Source of the DNA: Thermotogota bacterium
GTDB taxonomy: Bacteria; Thermotogota; Thermotogae; Petrotogales; Petrotogaceae
Length of the DNA: 23,397 nucleotides
NCBI GenBank assembly: GCA_051748045.1
Contig: JBNJGY010000002.1
Coordinates: 1-23,397 of the forward strand
Direction: 5' to 3'
The position numbers and the translations under genes were made by a program. The notes below the pieces were generated by a model, which saw nothing but the letters and a program-made list of their open reading frames with translations, made no database searches and had not been told where the DNA came from. Of the stretch, positions 17,555 to 23,397 are shown one piece after another; position 1 is the first letter of the stretch, and each line of letters opens with the position of its first letter.

Positions 17555-18063
17555 TTTTTTCTCCTCCCATTTGGTACAAAAGAACTAATTCCAGATGCGA
17601 GTAAAAAAGCTCCTATTAAAACTAATAAGATTTCCCAAAAATTAAAATTCAATCCAAATAAAGTTAGCGAATCTATTAATAAAATAATACCTGCTGTTAA
17701 ACCGAAAATAGTTCTTTTAATTATTTTTTTTAAAATTTTTCTTTTAGTGAAAGTACTTCTTGCAAAACGAAATGAACCTTTAGCAATTTTTCTAGCAAAT
17801 TCTGGCATATCCTTTTCTTCTTCTATTTCTTCTTCTGCTTGATTTATTTGCTCGTTAGCATAATGTATATCATCTTGATTTAAACTATCAAAACTTTTTC
17901 CATTTATGTTTATAGATGGTTTGATCAAGCCTAAACCACTTGAAATAAGTACGATTGAGAAAATTAATTCTACAATTCTCCAAAAACCCATAGAGAAATC
18001 ATAAAAAACACTTAGGAACAACAAAACACCTGCTACAATCATAATCACAGCGATTTTTCTCAT
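17551..18063 (-). CDS. 4-TM membrane protein (LiaF/LiaI-like) with a long charged loop
   Basis: Two TM hairpins, each with an FW motif, separated by a ~70-aa acidic-then-basic loop. ATGA overlap with the upstream gene. Confidence 0.75.
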   Translation of the reverse strand: MRKIAVIMIVAGVLLFLSVFYDFSMGFWRIVELIFSIVLISSGLGLIKPSININGKSFDSLNQDDIHYANEQINQAEEEIEEEKDMPEFARKIAKGSFRFARSTFTKRKILKKIIKRTIFGLTAGIILLIDSLTLFGLNFNFWEILLVLIGAFLLASGISSFVPNGRRKN

Positions 18064-19049
18064 CTTGAAATCCCCCTATCATTAAGAAATTTCTCTGCTT
18101 GTTGATTATCATATCCCATTTCTGATAATAATTCTAGTGCAAAATCATATGAAATCTTTTTTTGTTTTAATAAATCTAAAATTTTTTTCTCTTCTTGGGT
18201 TAAAAAATCTTCAGAATTCATTTTTTGATTTGGTTGATTTGTTTTTTCTTCATTTATACTTTGAGAACTATATTGATCTTGCTCAATCCCTTTTATTTTA
18301 ACATTTCCGGTAATAGCCTTAACTGATATCTTTCTGGTTTCTTTTAACATATCCACATCATCTTTTTCTATCAAATCTATATTTGATTTTAAAGTCGCAG
18401 AATATGGAGTCAATTTTTTTGTAATATATATAGGTTCTTTACCACAAATAGATAAACTAGCATCTCCAGTTATTATTTTAAGTTTTATCAAATCAAAATT
18501 TGAATTTAAACTATCTATTTTAACGTTACCAGTTATTAGATGGCAATCAATATTTTGAATTTTTGAATCCTTATATCTTATATTTCCTGTAGTTACAGAT
18601 ATTTCTTCGTTAATTAAATCTGAATTATCTGCATGAAAATTTCCAGTTATTAATTTTGTTTTATTATTTTTTATTTTACAATTTTTGATATTAGTATTTC
18701 CAGTAATGATTTTATTGTCTAAAAAATTAAGTTCGATATTCTCCAAGTAAATATCACCTTGAGTAAAGTTAATTTTCAATTCTTCAAATTCTTCGGAGAC
18801 ATATAAAGTAGCATGAAAAGTATCATTTGACATAAAACCAAAAAATTTGTTTAAGAATGAATCGTTATCCCTTGTAAATTTGATGAAATAACTATCTTCA
18901 CCTTCTTTTTCTAGAAAAAGATCACTATCTATATCTTCCTCTAGCTCAAAATAAGTTTTATTTGATTTCAAAACTTTTAATTTAATTTCATCAAATTTAG
19001 AATTAATGCTGACTCTTTTAAAGTGTTCTAAGTTAATAGTTCTAGACAT
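18060..19049 (-). CDS. DUF4097-like beta-strand repeat protein with C-terminal SHOCT-like bihelical motif
   Basis: Seven (I/T)TG(N/D)-type repeats; C-terminal EEKKILDLLKQKKISYDFALELL; RBS AGGGGA. Confidence 0.8.
   Translation of the reverse strand: MSRTINLEHFKRVSINSKFDEIKLKVLKSNKTYFELEEDIDSDLFLEKEGEDSYFIKFTRDNDSFLNKFFGFMSNDTFHATLYVSEEFEELKINFTQGDIYLENIELNFLDNKIITGNTNIKNCKIKNNKTKLITGNFHADNSDLINEEISVTTGNIRYKDSKIQNIDCHLITGNVKIDSLNSNFDLIKLKIITGDASLSICGKEPIYITKKLTPYSATLKSNIDLIEKDDVDMLKETRKISVKAITGNVKIKGIEQDQYSSQSINEEKTNQPNQKMNSEDFLTQEEKKILDLLKQKKISYDFALELLSEMGYDNQQAEKFLNDRGISR
18296..18775 (-). repeat. Coding beta-solenoid repeats, 19-aa (57-nt) period
   Basis: xG(N/D) motif codon blocks at + coordinates 18753, 18696, 18639, 18582, 18525 and 18462 (spacing 57,57,57,57,63 nt), with a seventh at 18303. 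Confidence 0.85.
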
Positions 19050-19062
19050 ATTAAATCCCCCT

Positions 19063-19425
19063 TTATTCTAAGTTTAAAAAAACAGTTTGGCCATCTTCAG
19101 TGTTTATTTCAATTTCTTGATTTGAATTGGAATTGATTAAATTATCAATAGCTTCATTAATGTCATTTAATTCATCTTTATCTAAATCAGAATTTTTCAA
19201 GCTTTTTCTAATAATTCCTTTTGATATCTTTAAAACAGAGAGAGGTATTTTCATGTTTACTATTTTTTTGTTATTTTTCTCTATTATGACTCTCAAATAT
19301 TTTTTATTTTTATTTTTTACTTCCTCTTTTTCAGAATATAAAGTCTCTATAAAATCTGCGGCATCATATATGTTTATCGTCTCATCTTTATACATTTTTA
19401 AAATTTTAATCAAGTCTTCTCTCAT
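19063..19425 (-). CDS. Small protein with N-terminal SHOCT-like (YvlB/LiaX N-terminal-like) motif
   Basis: REDLIKILKMYKDETINIYDAADFIETL, then KYLRVIIE..KIVNMKIPLSVL; RBS GAGGTG. Confidence 0.78.
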   Translation of the reverse strand: MREDLIKILKMYKDETINIYDAADFIETLYSEKEEVKNKNKKYLRVIIEKNNKKIVNMKIPLSVLKISKGIIRKSLKNSDLDKDELNDINEAIDNLINSNSNQEIEINTEDGQTVFLNLE

Positions 19426-19436
19426 AATTTCACCTC

Positions 19437-19811
19437 TTATGAATTTCTATATTTCTTTAAAATTCCTTTTGCTTCTTCAGGTGTGATCTCACCTTTTTCA
19501 ATTTTTTCTAAAATTTCCATTGTTTTCTTTCTATTATCTTCTTCAGATTCATAACCTAAAGCTTTAACTAATTCTTCTAATCTAGCTTTTGCGGTAGGAT
19601 AGGATACTCCTAATTCTTTTTGTAGTTCAGATAGATTCCCTCTGTTTTTTATGAAAATTTTCAAAAATATCAACTGTTCATCTGTTAATTGAGCAAATTC
19701 TTCGATTTGGAAACTTCCAGTTATTTCAGTTGAACATTTTTCACATTTATATTTTTGAATTTTAAGTTGTCCACCACAAATAGGGCAAGTAGTCAATCTT
19801 CTTTTAAACAT
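19437..19811 (-). CDS. DUF2089-family protein (zinc ribbon + HTH + SHOCT-like tail), putative transcription regulator
   Basis: CPICGG..CEKC zinc ribbon, RGNLSELQKELGVSYPTAKARL HTH and ILEKIEKGEITPEEA tail. RBS GGAGG at 19820-19824 places the start at 19811. Confidence 0.88.
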   Translation of the reverse strand: MFKRRLTTCPICGGQLKIQKYKCEKCSTEITGSFQIEEFAQLTDEQLIFLKIFIKNRGNLSELQKELGVSYPTAKARLEELVKALGYESEEDNRKKTMEILEKIEKGEITPEEAKGILKKYRNS

Positions 19812-19887
19812 AATTTGATCCTCCTTTTTTTGAATAATAAATTTAAAAATTCTAATTATTATGATAAAAAAATTAAATAACAAATAA

Positions 19888-19916
19888 ATTATACAATAAA
19901 AAATCAATAATGTCAA
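19888..19916 (-). promoter_or_regulatory. Consensus sigma70 promoter for the DUF2089 operon
   Basis: On the minus strand: TTGACA (19916-19911), a 17-nt spacer, then TATAAT (19893-19888). Confidence 0.85.
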
Positions 19917-20066
19917 TATAAAAATGAAATAATTATAAATATTATTCAAATAAAACTAAATAATATTTATATTATAATAAAATATATTAATGTTAATTAT
20001 TTCTCTTATATTTTTAAAAGAGGGGAAATAATAAAATAGTATCATTACAGAGGAGGAGGATTTTTA

Positions 20067-21347
20067 ATGAAAAAATTTGTTAATAAATTAGATAATAAAA
20101 TAATATATGAAATTTTTCCGAGAAATTATTCAAAATCTGGAACTTTTAATGAAATTTATTATGATTTAGAAAGAATTAAAAAATTAGGTACCGATATAAT
20201 TTGGTTTATGCCTTTCTATCCTATAGGTGAAAAAAATAGGAAAGGTACATATGGTTCACCATATTCAATAAAAAAATATGATATTATATCAAATGAGTTT
20301 GGGAATATTGATCAATTTAAAAAAATAATAAGAAAAGCTAATGATTTAGATTTGAAGGTTATGATAGATATTGTTTTTAATCATACTTCTAATGACTCTT
20401 TTTTATCTAAGAATCATAAAGAATGGTTTAGATTAAATAAAAAGGGTGATTTTGAAAGAAAAGAGCAAGATTGGTTTGATATTATTGATTTAGATTTTGA
20501 AAAAAAGGACCTCTGGGATTATTTGATAGGTATATTAAAATATTGGAGAGATATAGGAGTTTCTGGGTTTAGGTGTGATGTAGCTTCTATGATTCCAATT
20601 GATTTTTGGGAGAAAGCTAGAAATGAAGTAGACCCTCAAGGAGAGATGATTTGGCTTGCAGAGAGTTTAGAACCAAAGTATATTATTGCTTTGAGAAGAA
20701 AAGGGTATAATATTCTTTCTGACAGTGAATTATATAAAGTTTTTGATTTAACATACGATTATGATGGATATCAGCATATAGATGAGTATTTTAAAGGCGA
20801 AAAAGAAATAGAATGTTTAATAGACTACATTAAGATTCAACAAGCTATTTACCCTTGTAATGCTATGAAAATGAGGTTTTTAGAAAATCATGATAAGCCC
20901 AGAATAGCAAGTATAATTTTTTCAAAAGAAAAATTAAAAAATTGGACAACTTTTTATATGTTATTACCAGGTGTTCCGCTAATATATGCTGGACAAGAAA
21001 TTAAAACAGAAGTTTATCCTGATTTATTTGAAAAAAGTTCTATAAACTGGGATAATGGAGATTATGAGTTCTTAAACTTTATTAAAAGAATAATAATGAT
21101 ATCTAAAGAGATAAAAACAGAAGCTAATACTTTTAAAATTAATCAAATTAAAAATGGAATTATAGAAATTATATGGGAAAGTAATAGTATAAAATATTAT
21201 ATTTATATAAATCTTGAAGAAAAATATGGTGATATAAATTTAAGCAAATCTTATAGTGGATTTGATATGATTAAGGGTGAGAACATAAAAATTCAAGAAA
21301 ATTTGAAAATTGGAAAAGAACCAATTATCATTAAGTCTATAAAATAG
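20067..21347 (+). CDS. Cytoplasmic alpha-amylase-family glycoside hydrolase (GH13)
   Basis: IYEIFPRNY, DIVFNHT and catalytic GFRCDVA / WLAES / FLENHD motifs; no signal peptide; RBS GGAGGAGG. Confidence 0.93.
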   Translation: MKKFVNKLDNKIIYEIFPRNYSKSGTFNEIYYDLERIKKLGTDIIWFMPFYPIGEKNRKGTYGSPYSIKKYDIISNEFGNIDQFKKIIRKANDLDLKVMIDIVFNHTSNDSFLSKNHKEWFRLNKKGDFERKEQDWFDIIDLDFEKKDLWDYLIGILKYWRDIGVSGFRCDVASMIPIDFWEKARNEVDPQGEMIWLAESLEPKYIIALRRKGYNILSDSELYKVFDLTYDYDGYQHIDEYFKGEKEIECLIDYIKIQQAIYPCNAMKMRFLENHDKPRIASIIFSKEKLKNWTTFYMLLPGVPLIYAGQEIKTEVYPDLFEKSSINWDNGDYEFLNFIKRIIMISKEIKTEANTFKINQIKNGIIEIIWESNSIKYYIYINLEEKYGDINLSKSYSGFDMIKGENIKIQENLKIGKEPIIIKSIK

Positions 21348-21387
21348 CATATAGACTATAATATAGTTTTATTTTTCAATCAAAAAA

Positions 21388-21396
21388 TGTTATAAT
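21388..21396 (+). promoter_or_regulatory. Extended -10 promoter element for ftsY
   Basis: Exact TGTTATAAT upstream of RBS GGAGGTG. Confidence 0.6.
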
Positions 21397-21431
21397 TTTC
21401 TAAGTGTAAACATAAAACTTGGAGGTGCATA

Positions 21432-22340
21432 ATGGGGCTTTTTGATAAATTGAAAAAAGGATTGAGTAAAACCAGAGAATCATTCTTTGGAGGAATAAAA
21501 ACCCTATTCACTGGGAAAAAATTAGATGATGAACTACTTGAAGAATTAGAAGAAATTTTGGTTATGTCTGATATGGGTATGGAAACTGTAGAAAAAATTT
21601 TAGACGATTTAAAAAGAGAATATAAAAAGAATGAACCGGAGGATGCGCTAATATTATTAAGAGATATAATGATTAGTAATCTTGAAGCAGAAGGATTTAA
21701 TGCAAATCCGGATAAAAAGCCTTATGTAGTTTTTGTTGTAGGTGTAAATGGTAGCGGAAAAACAACAACTATTGCTAAACTTTCTAAAAAATATATAAGT
21801 GAAGGTAAAAAAGTAGTTATAGCTGCTGCTGATACTTTTAGAGCAGCAGCTATAGAACAAATTAAACATTGGGGAGAAAAAACTGGTGCCACTGTTATTG
21901 CACATGAACATGGATCTGACGCAGCAGCTGTGGTTTTTGATACATTACTACATGCAAAGTCAAAAGATAAAGATGTAGTTATAATTGATACAGCTGGAAG
22001 ACTTCACAATAAAAGCCACCTTATGGAAGAATTAAAAAAAATCAAAAGAGTAATACAGAAAGAAACAGATGGTCCTCATGAAACACTATTAGTTTTAGAT
22101 GGTACAACAGGACAAAATGGTATACAACAAGCCAAGGCATTTAAAGAAGCTGTAGATATTAGCGGAGTAGTTGTAACAAAACTTGATGGAACCGCTAAAG
22201 GTGGTATCGCATTTTCTATAAATAATCAATTAAACATACCAATTAAAATGATCGGTGTGGGAGAAAAAGAAGACGACCTACAAATGTTCGAACCAAAATT
22301 ATATGTAAATGCACTTCTTGGAGTTGAAGATGATGGCTGA
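21432..22340 (+). CDS. ftsY: Signal recognition particle receptor FtsY (NG domain only)
   Basis: MGLFDKLKKGLSKTR, GVNGSGKTTT, DTFRAAA, DTAGRL, DGTTGQN and TKLDGTAKGG. Confidence 0.97.
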   Translation: MGLFDKLKKGLSKTRESFFGGIKTLFTGKKLDDELLEELEEILVMSDMGMETVEKILDDLKREYKKNEPEDALILLRDIMISNLEAEGFNANPDKKPYVVFVVGVNGSGKTTTIAKLSKKYISEGKKVVIAAADTFRAAAIEQIKHWGEKTGATVIAHEHGSDAAAVVFDTLLHAKSKDKDVVIIDTAGRLHNKSHLMEELKKIKRVIQKETDGPHETLLVLDGTTGQNGIQQAKAFKEAVDISGVVVTKLDGTAKGGIAFSINNQLNIPIKMIGVGEKEDDLQMFEPKLYVNALLGVEDDG

Positions 22341-22998
22341 TTATTGGAAAGATACCGCGAAATGTCCAATATGTGGTAATGAATTTATGTATTCTAAGGT
22401 CTCAAGTTCTGTGATTAAAGTTAGAGAGAGGGACTTAGATTTAAAGCCTGTTTATAAAGATATTAATCCATTAAAATTTTCTTTGATAACTTGTCCAAAC
22501 TGTTATTTTACTTTTAACGAAAAAGATTCTGAAGAAATTCAAAAACAGATAAAAGAACAACATTTTTCTGCAATAAAAGACTTTTTAAATTCTTTATCTG
22601 AAAAGGACATGAAGGGTTTGGACAACTATGAAACAAAAAAATTAGAATTTTATAAAAAACAGTTGGTAATAGCTTCTGAAATATACTCCATACTTGAAAA
22701 ACCTTTTGAAGTTTCAAGATTATTATTAAAACTTTCTTGGGTTTACAGAGAAGAAAATGACGAAAAAAGAGAATTAAAAATATTAAATAATATTTTAAAA
22801 ATAAATGAAAAATACTACGAATCAGCAAATAACGATAGAGATACTATTTTTCTTTTATTTTATAATTCTTACATAAACTTTAGGCTAGGAAGAAGAAAAG
22901 AAGCTGCAAAAAATATTGAGAGGCTTATGAGGAGTTATGGAAAAACTAAATCTCCTTATATTAATGCTGCAAAAGAATTACGGGGTGAAATTGAATGA
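22330..22998 (+). CDS. DUF2225-like protein (zinc-binding N-terminus, helical TPR-like C-terminus)
   Basis: CPICGNEF, RDLDLKP.Y.DINP, TCPNCYF and LKLSWVYRE. Start is ATG 22330 or 22333 after GGAG, overlapping the end of ftsY. Confidence 0.8.
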   Translation: MMADYWKDTAKCPICGNEFMYSKVSSSVIKVRERDLDLKPVYKDINPLKFSLITCPNCYFTFNEKDSEEIQKQIKEQHFSAIKDFLNSLSEKDMKGLDNYETKKLEFYKKQLVIASEIYSILEKPFEVSRLLLKLSWVYREENDEKRELKILNNILKINEKYYESANNDRDTIFLLFYNSYINFRLGRRKEAAKNIERLMRSYGKTKSPYINAAKELRGEIE

Positions 22999-23397
22999 GA
23001 AAGATTTTTTTTATTTTATTGATTCTAACTATAATGGTTTTATCGGGCTGTTCAATGTTTTCTCAACAGGAAAATCCTGAATTACCAAGAGAAGATATTG
23101 AAGAATTGAAGACTAGTATAGAAACTTTAAATCAAAAATTAACAAAAATGGAAGGAGAAATTAACGATTTATCCGATGAATTTTATCAGAATAAAAGAAA
23201 AGAGAGTTATGATTATAATGTTATATCTGATTTAAAAACTCAGTTTTCTTCCATGAAAGAAAGACTTACTTTAGTAGAAGGGTTAATATACAAAGGAGAA
23301 AGCTCTGATAAAGTAGAAAAAATATTAGAATTAAATGAAAGAGTTGATAGTATAGAAGATTCTTTAACTTCTATAGAAACAGGAGGAGATGCTTCTT
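22995..23397 (+). CDS. Coiled-coil lipoprotein, 3'-truncated by window edge
   Basis: Not in the ORF track. It translates as MRKIFFILLILTIMVLSGC-SMFSQQENPELPREDIEELKTSIETLNQKLTKMEGEINDL..., with lipobox LSGC, heptad pattern, ATGA overlap and RBS GGGGTG. The frame is open to the window end. Confidence 0.88.
   Translation, partial: MRKIFFILLILTIMVLSGCSMFSQQENPELPREDIEELKTSIETLNQKLTKMEGEINDLSDEFYQNKRKESYDYNVISDLKTQFSSMKERLTLVEGLIYKGESSDKVEKILELNERVDSIEDSLTSIETGGDAS

Noticed and set aside
19812-19949. Hydrophobic 46-aa N-terminal extension on the DUF2089 ORF, suggesting a membrane-anchored regulator
   Set aside because: It is translated AT-rich promoter DNA. The consensus promoter lies inside it and a strong RBS precedes ATG 19811.
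21348-21380. Terminator after the GH13 gene (ACTATA/TATAGT)
   Set aside because: The stem is short and almost entirely A-T, too weak to call.
559-22828. Short opposite-strand ORFs in the track (559-831, 2976-3182, 6571-6762, 6868-7056, 8397-8642, 9181-9384, 9705-9950, 11065-11289, 13320-13505, 14783-15058, 16659-16898, 19127-19486, 21657-21911, 22514-22828)
   Set aside because: All lie antisense to well-supported genes, have the Ser/Phe/Ile/Leu-rich composition of shadow ORFs, and show no recognisable motifs.
1-23397. CRISPR array, tRNA/rRNA, IS element or prophage
   Set aside because: I saw no regularly spaced repeat-spacer pattern, no GC-rich structured RNA segment, and no transposase, integrase or phage-like ORF. 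Nearly all of the sequence is accounted for by CDSs.

Overview
A very AT-rich bacterial chromosomal window made mostly of housekeeping genes. The gene set and protein style suggest Thermotogota (Petrotogales-like), but this is inference only. On the + strand, in order: a 5'-truncated oligopeptide ABC ATPase; an ECF sigma factor with an RseC-family gene; glutamate dehydrogenase; a membrane protein with purB-purA; and an nnr / thiamine pyrophosphokinase / metallophosphoesterase / lon / engB / sirtuin run. Then come trigger factor (-), a TagA-family glycosyltransferase and an amidohydrolase-fold protein (+), and a five-gene minus-strand operon. The window ends with a cytoplasmic GH13 amylase, ftsY, a DUF2225-like protein and a 3'-truncated coiled-coil lipoprotein (+). 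I saw no RNA genes, CRISPR arrays or mobile elements. The strongest candidate for an undescribed system is the five-gene operon (16604-19811): a DUF2089-like regulator, three proteins sharing a SHOCT-like bihelical motif, two beta-solenoid proteins and two paralogous 4-TM domains, behind a perfect consensus promoter. It resembles a Lia/Psp-type envelope-stress module with no PspA or two-component system. Also notable: a thiamine pyrophosphokinase that appears to start at ATA, an amidohydrolase lacking its metal ligands, an ECF sigma-RseC pair with no anti-sigma factor, and terminators fused to extended -10 promoters.
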